25,846 nucleotides of DNA from a bacterium. GTDB taxonomy: Bacteria > SZUA-182 > DTGQ01 > JAFGSM01. The translations under genes and the position numbers were made by a program. This document shows, one piece after another, positions 1 through 9,623 of the stretch. Numbering within the stretch: the stretch's first letter is position 1; each line of letters starts with the position of its first letter. The stretch covers positions 1 to 25,846 of the forward strand of contig JBLIRP010000057.1 in NCBI GenBank assembly GCA_049472355.1, in the 5' to 3' direction. The notes below the pieces were generated by a model that was given only the letters and a program-made list of their open reading frames with translations, searched no databases and was not told the DNA's origin.

Positions 1-2006
1 CCTTTAAACAACTTATAAAAGACATGGAAAGTGATGGGGAACTGATCCTCATCAAGGGTGGGCGCTATGGACTCCCCGAGAGGATGAATCTCGTGGTGGG
101 GACCATTCAGGCGCATCCGGATGGGTATGGATTTCTCATTCCCGACCGGGCGGATCAGCAGGATGTGTTCATCAATGCCGGCCATATGAAAGGGGTCTGG
201 GACGGCGACCGGGTGGTGGTGCGTGTTGAAAAGGCTCGGAACAGGAGAAAGCAGGAGGGCAGGGTCATCAGGGTCCTCAGCAGAAAACACCAGCAGGTCA
301 TCGGCCGGTTCGAGGGCACACGAAGGTTCGGATACGTGGTCCCCCTTGAGCGGCGGCTCACCGAGGATATCGTGATACCCAAAAAACACGCGGCAGGGGC
401 AAAAAAGGGGGATGTGGTGGTTACCGGAATCGTTCAGCATCCCACCTCTCAAAGAAGCCCCATAGGAAAGATCCTGGAGGTTATCGGAAGGGAGGGAGAT
501 CCGGGGCTTGACGAGGAGATCATCATCCGCAACCGGGGTCTGCCGGTGAAATTTCCCGATGTATGCCTCGAGGAAGCGTCCGCCGTTCCCCAAAAGGTCT
601 CCGGGACCCATGTGAAGAACAGGCTCGACCTGCGCGACCAGATGGCCTTCACCATAGACGGGGAGACCGCCCACGATTTCGACGATGCGGTGGCCATTGA
701 GCAATCGGGCGATGGGGTGCGTCTGTGGGTGCATATCGCGGACGTGAGCTTTTATGTAAATCCGGGGTCACACATTGATGAAGAGGCCTACCGGAGAGGA
801 ACGAGCGTCTATTTTCCCGACCGCGTGCTTCCCATGCTCCCCTTCGAGCTTTCCTCGGGCATCTGCAGCCTGAAGCCCGATGAGGATCGCCTTGCCCTGT
901 CGGTGGGCATTGACTTTGAATCCAAGGGAAGGGTCACCGGGTACGAAATCAAGGAAACGGTCATCAGGAGCAAGGCACGCCTCACCTATACCCTGTGCGG
1001 GAAAATCCTCGAGGGAAGGGCCACCGGCGAGGAACAAGACCGGTGGAAACATATCATCCCCTCCCTCGTGCTCATGCATTCCCTCAGCCGGAAGCTTAGA
1101 AAACAGCGGCAGCGTCAGGGGAGCCTTGATTTTGATCTTCCGGAGCCGGAGATCATACTGGACGTAAGCGGTAACATTCAGGATATACTCAAACTGCAGA
1201 GAAACGATTCCCATCTTCTCATCGAGGAGTTCATGCTCGCTGCCAATCAAGTCGTGGCCTCCCATCTGGTAAACATGGGATACCCGGCCATCTTCAGGGT
1301 GCACGATCCGCCCGATGAGGAAAAGCTCGCCGGGCTTCAGGAATCGCTCCAGCCGCTCGGCTATTCCCTGCCCGACCCGGAATCGCTCAGGGCCAAGGAT
1401 TTGCAGAAGATCCTGACCCGCGCCAAGGGACGACCTGAGGAGCAGCTCTTGAACATGCTCATCCTGAGGTCCATGAAACGGGCGCGGTACACGATAAAAA
1501 ACACCGGGCATTTCGGCCTGGCAATGCCCATCTACACCCATTTTACCTCCCCTATCCGGCGATATCCGGACCTCATCGTGCACAGGCTCTTGCGGGGCCT
1601 ATGGGGACAGAAGAAACTCGGGCTCCGGGGGCCAAAAATCCAAGCCTATCTGGATGAGGCGGCGGATCATACCTCGGTGAGGGAGCGTCTGGCCGAGGAG
1701 GCCGAGCGGGAGATCGTGGACCTCAAAAGGGTCCGGTACATGCTGGACAAGCTGGGCGAGGAGTATAGGGGCATTGTCAGTGGTGTGACCAGTTTCGGCA
1801 TATTCGTGGAATTGGAGGATATCTTTGTGGAGGGGCTGGTGCACATAAGCAGCATCACCGATGATTTCTACCATTTCTCCGAGACGACCCAGCAGTTGGC
1901 GGGTGAACGAACGGGGCGCACCTTCCGCCTGGGGGACAGGGTGAAGATCAGGGTGGAAAAGGTGGACCTGGAGCGCAGGCAGATCGATTTCGGGCTTATC
2001 GGGTAA
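1..2006 (+). CDS. rnr: Ribonuclease R (5' end lies upstream of the window)
   Basis: The frame is open from the window edge (FKQLIKDMESDG...). It has cold-shock domains (GTIQAHPDGYGF), the RNB catalytic motif TIDGETAHDFDDA, YTHFTSPIRRYPDL, and a C-terminal S1 domain (SGVTSFGIFVEL...EGLVH). Confidence 0.96.
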   Translation, partial: FKQLIKDMESDGELILIKGGRYGLPERMNLVVGTIQAHPDGYGFLIPDRADQQDVFINAGHMKGVWDGDRVVVRVEKARNRRKQEGRVIRVLSRKHQQVIGRFEGTRRFGYVVPLERRLTEDIVIPKKHAAGAKKGDVVVTGIVQHPTSQRSPIGKILEVIGREGDPGLDEEIIIRNRGLPVKFPDVCLEEASAVPQKVSGTHVKNRLDLRDQMAFTIDGETAHDFDDAVAIEQSGDGVRLWVHIADVSFYVNPGSHIDEEAYRRGTSVYFPDRVLPMLPFELSSGICSLKPDEDRLALSVGIDFESKGRVTGYEIKETVIRSKARLTYTLCGKILEGRATGEEQDRWKHIIPSLVLMHSLSRKLRKQRQRQGSLDFDLPEPEIILDVSGNIQDILKLQRNDSHLLIEEFMLAANQVVASHLVNMGYPAIFRVHDPPDEEKLAGLQESLQPLGYSLPDPESLRAKDLQKILTRAKGRPEEQLLNMLILRSMKRARYTIKNTGHFGLAMPIYTHFTSPIRRYPDLIVHRLLRGLWGQKKLGLRGPKIQAYLDEAADHTSVRERLAEEAEREIVDLKRVRYMLDKLGEEYRGIVSGVTSFGIFVELEDIFVEGLVHISSITDDFYHFSETTQQLAGERTGRTFRLGDRVKIRVEKVDLERRQIDFGLIG

Positions 2007-2008
2007 TC

Positions 2009-2419
2009 TTACTGCTTGTGCTGATGACAGAGGGTGCAGATGGTCGGTCCCGTTTTCGTTCCGTCGGGCCGTACGATGATATGGCAGCCCAGGCACTGTT
2101 TCATATAGGCGGTCCTCAGTGAGACCACGTCCATCACCCGGTCCCTGCCGTGACAATTGATGCAGGCAATGGGAAGCTCATAGGAGTTTTCATCCCAGTC
2201 ATGATGGCACTTCTTACATTCCAGTCCCAATTCGATATGTTGCTGGTGACCGAAATGAACGGGGCCGAACAAGTCCAGCCGGTGAATATCATGCTCGATG
2301 GAGATGGATTCGGGAACCTCCTGGGAAAAGGAGCGATCCGCCTGCATGAAGGAGACCATGAGAAGGAGTGAAGTAAAAACGAAGACAAGGATGAAATTTT
2401 TTTGGACTGACCTGATCAT
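2009..2419 (-). CDS. Periplasmic tetraheme class III cytochrome c (cytochrome c3 family)
   Basis: Signal peptide, the FxHxxH motif (VHFGHQQH), and four CxxCH motifs (CKKCHH, CINCH, CLGCH, CTLCH). Start moved to ATG 2419, which follows a G-rich RBS. Confidence 0.9.
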   Translation of the reverse strand: MIRSVQKNFILVFVFTSLLLMVSFMQADRSFSQEVPESISIEHDIHRLDLFGPVHFGHQQHIELGLECKKCHHDWDENSYELPIACINCHGRDRVMDVVSLRTAYMKQCLGCHIIVRPDGTKTGPTICTLCHQHKQ

Positions 2420-2485
2420 GTACCCCCCACGGTTGTGATTCATTGTGGTGCCCTGCGTGAGCATTGCCGCTATCTGCGCGGAAGG

Positions 2486-2501
2486 TGCAATTTGCATTCC
2501 A
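2486..2501 (-). promoter_or_regulatory. Putative sigma-54 (-24/-12) promoter of the c3 gene
   Basis: Minus strand TGGAATGCAAATTGCA versus consensus TGGCACGNNNNTTGCW, with exact GG-N10-GC spacing. An IHF-like AATCAAAAACATA lies at about 2520-2532. Confidence 0.55.
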
Positions 2502-2613
2502 ACCTTTCAATCTTCATAAAATCAAAAACATAGCTCAAATCTCATTCCCGTATGATCACAAAAATGGCACAGATGCGCAATAGCTCCTGATCAAAATACG
2601 AACAGGCCGGGTA

Positions 2614-3948
2614 TCACGAGGAACCCTTCGACCCGGACATTCTCCTGATACGTTTCAGATAAGCGGCGATCCTCGCCTCGTGACCGCGATCCGTGGGCAT
2701 GTAAAAGAGAGAACCGGCGAGCGCATCGGGGAGGTATTGCTGGGGGGTGAATCCTCCGGGGTAATCGTGCGGGTAGCGGTATCCCGTGCCGTAGCGGAGG
2801 TTTTTCAGCAGGCGGGTCGGTGCGTTGCGAAGGTGTAGGGGCACCGGCAGGGGCCCCCTTTCCCTGACCATCCTCTTTGCCTTTTTATATCCGGAATACG
2901 AGGCATTGCTTTTGGGGGCGGTGGCAAGATACACGGCCGCCTGAGACAGGGGTATCCACCCCTCGGCATCACCCACAAAATGAAAGGCGTCCTTGGCGGC
3001 AACCGCCACCAGAAGGGCCTGGGGATCGGCGTTCCCGACGTCCTCGGCGGCGAAGATGATCATCCTGCGGGCAATGAACAGGGGATCTTCCCCGGCCTCC
3101 AGCATCCTGGCCAGCCAGTAAAGGGCGGCATCCGGGTCGCTCCCGCGCATGCTTTTGATGAAGGCGGATATGACATTGTAGTGCTCCTCTCCACCCTTGT
3201 CGTAGAGGAGGGCCTTTTTCTGCAGGGCCTGCTGTACGGTGTCCAGATCGATGTGCAACGCCTCCCCCTCCATCCCCGGGGCGGCCTTCTTGAAATCCAC
3301 TGCATTCTCCAGCACGGTAAGTGCGATCCGGGCATCACCCTGGGAATAGTCGGCAAGCCACGCCAGTACGTCATCCTCGACGGAAAGGCCGGGCAGCCCT
3401 CCCAGCCCCCTTTCCGTATCCCGGATCGCCTGGGTGAGGATGGCCTTGATCTCCTCGCTGGTCAGCGGCTTTAAAACAATCACCCGGGCCCGGGAGAGCA
3501 GGGGAGGGATGATCTCGAAGGAGGGATTTTCGGTGGTGGCGCCGATAAGGGTGATGGAACCGTACTCCACGTACGGGAGGAAGGCATCCTGCTGTGCCTT
3601 GTTGAAGCGGTGAATCTCGTCCACGAACAGGATGGTCTTCGTGCCGCCTTCACGGTCCTTTTCCGCCTGTTTCATAACCTTTCTGGCATCGTTTATCCCT
3701 GAGAGCACTGCAGAGAGGGTAACGAAATGGGCGCTGGAATACCCGGCAATGAGATGGGCGAGGGTGGTCTTGCCCGAGCCCGGGGGACCCCACAGTATGA
3801 GGGAGGGCACCTGATCGGCAAGTATGGCCCGCCTCAGGAAATGGCCCTCTGCAAGAAGGTCCGATTGCCCCACGAATTCCGAGAGATCGCGGGGACGCAT
3901 ACGTTCCGCCAATGGGGGAAACATAGGAATGGGGTCCGTACCCTTCAT
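2614..3948 (-). CDS. rarA: Replication-associated recombination protein A (RarA/MgsA AAA+ ATPase)
   Basis: PLAERMRP, Walker A GPPGSGKT, Walker [57 protein letters not shown]. Confidence 0.96.
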   Translation of the reverse strand: MKGTDPIPMFPPLAERMRPRDLSEFVGQSDLLAEGHFLRRAILADQVPSLILWGPPGSGKTTLAHLIAGYSSAHFVTLSAVLSGINDARKVMKQAEKDREGGTKTILFVDEIHRFNKAQQDAFLPYVEYGSITLIGATTENPSFEIIPPLLSRARVIVLKPLTSEEIKAILTQAIRDTERGLGGLPGLSVEDDVLAWLADYSQGDARIALTVLENAVDFKKAAPGMEGEALHIDLDTVQQALQKKALLYDKGGEEHYNVISAFIKSMRGSDPDAALYWLARMLEAGEDPLFIARRMIIFAAEDVGNADPQALLVAVAAKDAFHFVGDAEGWIPLSQAAVYLATAPKSNASYSGYKKAKRMVRERGPLPVPLHLRNAPTRLLKNLRYGTGYRYPHDYPGGFTPQQYLPDALAGSLFYMPTDRGHEARIAAYLKRIRRMSGSKGSS

Positions 3949-3981
3949 GTGCTTGGTCTATTACTAACTAACAGGGATCGA

Positions 3982-4557
3982 CTATACGATATTCAGGACC
4001 AGTTCATTGCGCGTTCGTTTAGGAACGTGGTGCACCCCTTTGTCATCCCGCCAATAACGAATATTCCCGTCTTCCGGGGCATCGTCCAGGACAATGGTTT
4101 CCGCGGGCTTGCCCAGGGCGATCACGTACAGGATCTCGAAGCGCTCCGGTATCGAAAGAGAGGTTCTGATCCGCTCACGGTCAATGGAGCCGAGGATGCA
4201 CCCACCGAGCCCCTGTTCCGCTGCACCGAGCAGGATACTCTGGCAGGCGATCCCTGCGTCGCACTGAAAATTCCTGCTCAGGGAGGTATCACCGAGGAGG
4301 ATGATATATGCCGGCGGCCGCTCCCCTTCGGAGGGACCGGACCACTCTGAAAGATAGCCTGCCCAGGAAAGTGTGGAAAAAATCAGCTCCCCTTTTTCCG
4401 CACTCGTGCACAGGATGTATCTGAGCGGCTGTAAATTGGCGGCGGAGGGTGAAAAACGGGCAAGTTCCACAAGATCAAGCAGCACATCGGATGATACGGC
4501 ATGGTCCTGGTCAAATCTCCTGCAGCTTCGACTGTTCACGATGAGATCCCTGATCAT
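3982..4557 (-). CDS. Nitroreductase family protein
   Basis: RSCRRF, ARFSPSAANLQP, DAGIACQSILLGA..GLGGC, ALGKP, HVPKR. Start at ATG 4557 after the RBS AAGGAAGGGG. Confidence 0.92.
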   Translation of the reverse strand: MIRDLIVNSRSCRRFDQDHAVSSDVLLDLVELARFSPSAANLQPLRYILCTSAEKGELIFSTLSWAGYLSEWSGPSEGERPPAYIILLGDTSLSRNFQCDAGIACQSILLGAAEQGLGGCILGSIDRERIRTSLSIPERFEILYVIALGKPAETIVLDDAPEDGNIRYWRDDKGVHHVPKRTRNELVLNIV

Positions 4558-4959
4558 GACACCCCTTCCTTGCACCATTGGCCTTTGACTGCGATCGCCG
4601 CTCGGGTTCTCTTTCACTGTATACCATTTTGTCCTGGGAATCAATCAGACAGCGCGGGGATGTCAGCGCAGGGATCGGTAATTCTTATTTTAACCCTCCG
4701 GCCCGGGGGCGTGAGCAGACACCTTTATGCTGCAGCAGGGAAGGCCCTTTTATTCCCTTAATTCTGCTTATTTTGCTTATCGTCTACTCGATGGTGCGGG
4801 AAGGGGAGAGTTCAAAAAGTAACCAGTCCCTGTTGATAATTTATTCACCCTTGCTGGTTACATGGTTTCAAAGAGGGAAAATACAGGCCATAAATTGAAA
4901 TAATCTATATTTTAAATAACTATATTATTATTTTATTAAGTCTATCTTCCTCCCTATTC

Positions 4960-4975
4960 TGGCAGTCTTTATGCT
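4960..4975 (+). promoter_or_regulatory. Putative sigma-54 promoter of the octaheme cytochrome gene
   Basis: (C)TGGCAGTCTTTATGCT has GG-N10-GC spacing, lies about 60 nt before ATG 5037, and follows a very AT-rich tract (about 4890-4940). Confidence 0.55.
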
Positions 4976-5036
4976 TTTTCACCCTGTAGTAAAAAACTCG
5001 TGATGCAACTTTTTGTGGATCCAGTATAAGGGTATT

Positions 5037-6611
5037 ATGCGCCATACGATTCGACCTTTGCTTCTGCAGGTGACCACCCTGTGGCTTTCCCTGTTTGTGC
5101 TCTCTGTCCTTCCAGTATACGCACAGTTTTCTCCCTTGTACGATCTCCTCTTCCGGTGGGAGAATCCCTTCCTGTGGACCAATGCCACCACCGCCTATTC
5201 GGCAGGCTTCCCATACAATCCACTTAATACCCTTTCCCCATACGCATGGAATACTCCTTATGCTTCCTGGGCAAATACCGCCTTCGGATCCATCGGCAAC
5301 GGCGTGTCCTGGAATGGCGTACCCATCGCATACCAGTCGCCCTTCGCAGATACCACCGCAGCTCAGGGCGCGTATCGAACAGCAGCGAGCGGCTTCGTTC
5401 CGGCTTCCTCCGCATTGACCGGTTCGGTTTTTCCCTCCTCCTATGGGGCCCCATTCATCTATTCCAACCCCTTGGCACAAGGCACCTATCCGGCGCAGGC
5501 CCTTTCCGCGAGCACCCAGAGGATAGTGTTCAATACGCAGGCAGGCGTCCCCTTTTCCTCCGTGTCCTCGACATATCCCTGGGTTGCCACTGTCAACGCT
5601 CAGCAATATACGCCACTTAACATCGGCAGCCAGTTTCCGGCCGGAATAGCCTATAACGGGAACATACCATCCGTTGGTTCCCTACCCCCCTGGAATTATG
5701 TCTCGAATACCGGTTCCTATACGTCGGGAGCCGGCGATCCTTACGCAAACATTCGTGTCTCGGCAGTGCTTGAGGCCAACCTGGTGCTGGCAAATCCCGA
5801 GTTCGGCATGTACTGCGTAGACCCGATGAGCTGGAAAAACGCCGGGTACAACCTGGGGATATGGTGTACAAAGATCCCCATCAGGGCACAGTCCCTTGAC
5901 AAGCAGGGACGGCTCTATGACGAGGCCCCCGGTTTCAGCGTGGATGTCACCAGTGAGACGGGGATCATGGAGATCTTCGACAGCGCGGTCTCCCTGTATC
6001 GGGGCATCATCACCGCCGCAAATCCGGCAAGTTATCTGGTCACCGTTGTTGTCGACGCCGCCTCCACGGTGACCGAGGCGCGCAGGAGAAGCGCCGCCTG
6101 TGACGCATGCCATCCGACCCCGCCGGGTCACATCAGTAAACAACTCACCTGGGGCAACTGCCGGGAATGTCATAACCTCCCTGACAAGATGCATCGGCAT
6201 GCCTATAAGGCCTACATCCCCGTCGATAAATGCTATACCTGCCATCCTACCGGATGTCTCTCCGGTGTTCACGGGCAGCGCGGGGTATGGTGTACGGCAT
6301 GCCACGGCACACTCGAGGACGCCGCCTATGGCAGGATGAAGCTCACCGGACAACTGGGAAAGCCGCAGTGCGCGGACTGCCATGATTCGATGCATTCCGA
6401 ACCGGGTACCACCCTGTTCGTTGATTCAACAGGGCACGGCGGAGTATGGTGCATCAATTGCCACGGCCCCACCCATGTGGAGCTCGAACAGCCTTTGGGC
6501 CTGAACAGTTGCACCACCTGCCATACGGTGCAGGCAAGCATCCGCTGGATGGGTCCGAACTGCGCCCGATGCCACGGGTCTTCCTCTTCACCACACTTCG
6601 TGACCCCCTGA
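5037..6611 (+). CDS. Exported octaheme cytochrome c with a long N-terminal low-complexity region
   Basis: Sec signal (..PVYA/QF), about 205 aa of S/T/A/P/Y/N/G-rich sequence, a beta-rich middle domain, then 8 CxxCH motifs (CDACH, CRECH, CYTCH, CTACH, CADCH, CINCH, CTTCH, CARCH). Confidence 0.9.
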   Translation: MRHTIRPLLLQVTTLWLSLFVLSVLPVYAQFSPLYDLLFRWENPFLWTNATTAYSAGFPYNPLNTLSPYAWNTPYASWANTAFGSIGNGVSWNGVPIAYQSPFADTTAAQGAYRTAASGFVPASSALTGSVFPSSYGAPFIYSNPLAQGTYPAQALSASTQRIVFNTQAGVPFSSVSSTYPWVATVNAQQYTPLNIGSQFPAGIAYNGNIPSVGSLPPWNYVSNTGSYTSGAGDPYANIRVSAVLEANLVLANPEFGMYCVDPMSWKNAGYNLGIWCTKIPIRAQSLDKQGRLYDEAPGFSVDVTSETGIMEIFDSAVSLYRGIITAANPASYLVTVVVDAASTVTEARRRSAACDACHPTPPGHISKQLTWGNCRECHNLPDKMHRHAYKAYIPVDKCYTCHPTGCLSGVHGQRGVWCTACHGTLEDAAYGRMKLTGQLGKPQCADCHDSMHSEPGTTLFVDSTGHGGVWCINCHGPTHVELEQPLGLNSCTTCHTVQASIRWMGPNCARCHGSSSSPHFVTP

Positions 6612-6725
6612 TTCAGCCACTTGCAAAACTAATCAAAGCATGATAGGTGATATAGAGGTACTGTATTGTTGCGCGTCGTTGGTGCAATCACGTGTTGACC
6701 CGGTTACACACCGGAGGGGAGCGGT

Positions 6726-7460
6726 ATGGAAAAGCGGATCGCCTTGATCACCGGAGCGGGAAGCGGCATTGGAAGGGCCGTGGCGGTTAAGTTTTCTCAG
6801 ATGGGGATCGACATGGTCCTGAATGACATCTCCCAGAAGGGGCTGGACGAGACCCTCCATTGTGTCCACCAGGAGGGGATCAAGGCATTTGCGGCGGTTG
6901 GGGACATTTCCTCTGCCGATGATGTGGATATGGTGGTGGATATGACCATATCCGAGTTCAAACGCCTCGATATTCTGGTGAACAATGCCGGCATCATCCG
7001 CGACAACTGGATCTGGAACATGACCGAGGAGATGTGGGACAAGGTCGTGGACGTGAATCTCAAGGGCGCATTTCTCTGCTCCCGGGCTGCCATACGGCAC
7101 ATGGGGAAGCAAAAATGGGGACGGATCATCAATGTGTCCTCCATCTCCCACCGGGGAAACTACTGCCAGGTCAATTACAGCTCATCCAAGGCGGGAATGA
7201 TCGGGTTGACCAGGACGCTTGCCCTGGAGCTCGCCCAGTTCAATATCATGGTCAATTGTGTGGTCCCCGGTCTCATCGACACCCCCATGATCCAGGGAAT
7301 GAAAAATGACCGGGTCATCCAGCGGATCCCCTTGAAGCGCCTGGGCAGCCCCGAGGATGTAGCCAATCTCATTGGGTTCCTGGCATCTCCCGAGGCGGGC
7401 TATATCACGGGTGAGGTCATCGGTGTGGACGGCGGCCTGGACCTCGGGATCGGCCTGTAG
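6726..7460 (+). CDS. Short-chain dehydrogenase/reductase, FabG-like (3-oxoacyl-ACP reductase family)
   Basis: TGAGSGIG, LVNNAGI, catalytic S...YSSSK, PGLIDTPM, VDGG. RBS GGAGGGGAG. Confidence 0.9.
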   Translation: MEKRIALITGAGSGIGRAVAVKFSQMGIDMVLNDISQKGLDETLHCVHQEGIKAFAAVGDISSADDVDMVVDMTISEFKRLDILVNNAGIIRDNWIWNMTEEMWDKVVDVNLKGAFLCSRAAIRHMGKQKWGRIINVSSISHRGNYCQVNYSSSKAGMIGLTRTLALELAQFNIMVNCVVPGLIDTPMIQGMKNDRVIQRIPLKRLGSPEDVANLIGFLASPEAGYITGEVIGVDGGLDLGIGL

Positions 7461-7614
7461 GCCCCTGTTCCCCTCACAGGGTATATCCCTTTTTCCCCTT
7501 GCTGAAGAAATCATGCCTCCGCCGGTTGTACATCGGTGCATCTTAATCTTCGTTGCTGTATAATAAAACAGTAATCATAATGCTGTAACTGCAGGACAAA
7601 GGGCACCGCGTACC

Positions 7615-8940
7615 ATGAGCGCAACACGACGGTTTCACATAATCACCTATGGCTGCCAGATGAACGAGCACGACTCCGAACGTATGGCAGGCCTTCTGAG
7701 CACGGCCGGCTTCACCTGGACCGAATCGCCGGAGAATGCGGACCTTGTGATCATCAACAGTTGCACCATTCGATCGAAGGCCGAGGAGAAGGCATTCAGT
7801 GAGGCAGGCCGTCTCAAGGGGATGAAGAAACAAAACCCGAACCTGAGGATAGGTTTTTGCGGGTGTGTGGCGCAGCGGGAGCGGGGACACATCCTTAAGC
7901 GGGCGCCCCACGTTGACCTGGTATTCGGCACCCTCAATATCCCGCGCCTCCCCGTCCTGGTGAAAAGGCTCGATGAAGAGGGAGGGCGTATCTGCGAGGT
8001 GGCGGATGAGCCGATGGACGCCGGGGCCTGCAATCCCTGCCGGGCCCTCCGTGCACACAGGATAAAGGCCTGGATCACCATCATGGAGGGGTGCAACAAC
8101 TTCTGCTCCTACTGCGTGGTTCCCTATGTGCGGGGCAGGGAGCGAAGCCGGTCTGCCGAGGACATCGAAAGGGAGGTCGTCTCCCTGGTGCGGGAGGGAT
8201 ACAAAGAGGTCACCCTTCTCGGGCAGAACGTGAATTCATACGGCATGGGGCTGAACCCGCGTTTCTCCTTTCCGGACCTCCTCTGCCGTCTCAATGAGAT
8301 ACCGGGGCTGGAAAGGATCAGGTTCACCACGTCGCACCCCAAGGATCTTTCCCATGACCTCGTACGCGCCATGAAGACGTGCGAAAAGGTGTGCGAGCAT
8401 ATCCACCTGCCTCTGCAGGCCGGTTCTGATGACGTTCTCAAACGAATGGGCAGGGGATACACGGTGGAGGAATACCTCGCCAAGATCGATGCCCTGCGGG
8501 AGGCCATGCCCGAGATCGCCATCACCGGGGACATGATTTGCGGCTTCCCCGGGGAGACCGAAGGGGATTTTGAACAGACACTTCGGATCGTGGAGCGAAT
8601 CCGCTTCGATGGTCTTTTCTCGTTCAAGTATTCCGCGAGGCCTCAGACCAGCGCATCCCGATTGCCGGATCACCTGCCCGAGGAGATCAAGTTATCGCGC
8701 CTGAAGCGACTCCAGGCGCTCCAGAATCGTATCTGCGGAGAAATCAACGCTGTGACGGTCGGCGCGCACCTTCCCATACTGGTGGAAGGACCCAGCAAAA
8801 AGGACCCTGCACGGTTGACCGGCCGCACCAGGACCAACAAGGTGGTGAATGTGCCGGGGCCGACCGCATTGATCGGCAGCACGGTAACGGTCAGGATAGC
8901 ACGGGCCAAACCATTCGACCTCGAGGGGGAGTGCGCATAG
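7615..8940 (+). CDS. miaB: tRNA-2-methylthio-N6-dimethylallyladenosine synthase MiaB
   Basis: TYGCQMNEHDSE (UPF0004 domain), radical SAM motif CNNFCSYC, LLGQNVNSY, RIRFTTSHP, and a C-terminal TRAM domain. Confidence 0.96.
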   Translation: MSATRRFHIITYGCQMNEHDSERMAGLLSTAGFTWTESPENADLVIINSCTIRSKAEEKAFSEAGRLKGMKKQNPNLRIGFCGCVAQRERGHILKRAPHVDLVFGTLNIPRLPVLVKRLDEEGGRICEVADEPMDAGACNPCRALRAHRIKAWITIMEGCNNFCSYCVVPYVRGRERSRSAEDIEREVVSLVREGYKEVTLLGQNVNSYGMGLNPRFSFPDLLCRLNEIPGLERIRFTTSHPKDLSHDLVRAMKTCEKVCEHIHLPLQAGSDDVLKRMGRGYTVEEYLAKIDALREAMPEIAITGDMICGFPGETEGDFEQTLRIVERIRFDGLFSFKYSARPQTSASRLPDHLPEEIKLSRLKRLQALQNRICGEINAVTVGAHLPILVEGPSKKDPARLTGRTRTNKVVNVPGPTALIGSTVTVRIARAKPFDLEGECA

Positions 8941-9004
8941 TACAAAAACGGCCATTTTAATCGTCTAATTATCAGATAGTTAAAGAACTTTGGGACATTT
9001 TAAC

Positions 9005-9034
9005 TTGATTTTTAAAAAGGATAAATGGTATCAT
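9005..9034 (+). promoter_or_regulatory. Possible sigma-70 promoter for the DUF151 to HAD genes
   Basis: TTGATT-N18-TATCAT with an extended -10 TG, in an AT-rich intergenic gap. Confidence 0.3.
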
Positions 9035-9101
9035 AATAATAACCAGGAGCCTTGTAAGACTGATGCCCCATGTGAGGTATCTCATACTGGAGGACAGTGT
9101 A

Positions 9102-9623
9102 ATGTTGATTGAGATGAGAGTGGCGGGAATCACCATCGATGCATTCTTCAACACGCCGATCATTATCCTGAAGGACCTTACCAACCAGCATTCCCTGCCC
9201 ATCTGGGTGGGGACGTTCGAGGCCCAGGCGATTGCCTATGGAATCAACGGTGGTGGGCTTCCCCGGCCGCTCCCCTATGATATCATGAAGGAGATTTTGA
9301 CAAAATTCGATCTGAAATTGAAAAGGATCATCGTCAGCGATCTGCGGGACAATACGTTTTACGCAATCATCGAGCTGATCAAGGACGGCAAGGTCATCCA
9401 ACTCGATTCGAGGCCCAGTGACGCCATTGCACTCGCCGTCAGGATCGGTGCGCCCATCATGGTCGCCGATATAGTGATCAAAAAGGCGAAGACCATTGAT
9501 ATCAGCAAATCCAAGGGTGCATCGGGTCATAAGGACGACAAACCATTTGACGGCGATGAAGAAAACCTGCGGGAATGGCTTGAGAATCTAAAGCCTGAAG
9601 ATTTCGGCAAATATGAGATGTAG
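9102..9623 (+). CDS. Bifunctional nuclease family protein (DUF151)
   Basis: LPIWVGTFEAQAIA, PRPL.YD, NTFYA, DSRPSDAIALA, and C-terminal WLENLKPEDFGKY. RBS GGAGGA precedes ATG 9102. Confidence 0.92.
   Translation: MLIEMRVAGITIDAFFNTPIIILKDLTNQHSLPIWVGTFEAQAIAYGINGGGLPRPLPYDIMKEILTKFDLKLKRIIVSDLRDNTFYAIIELIKDGKVIQLDSRPSDAIALAVRIGAPIMVADIVIKKAKTIDISKSKGASGHKDDKPFDGDEENLREWLENLKPEDFGKYEM

Noticed and set aside
2566..2581. TGGCACAGATGCGCA sigma-54-like motif on the + strand
   Set aside because: The GG-to-GC spacing is one base short, and it points antisense into the 3' end of rarA.
4578..4898. Intergenic ORFs or a possible ncRNA between the nitroreductase and octaheme genes
   Set aside because: No recognisable protein motif, convincing RBS or known RNA consensus.
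768..8673. Numerous long antisense or alternative-frame ORFs within rnr, rarA, the SDR gene and miaB
   Set aside because: These are expected shadows in GC-rich coding DNA. They overlap confident genes and carry no motifs.
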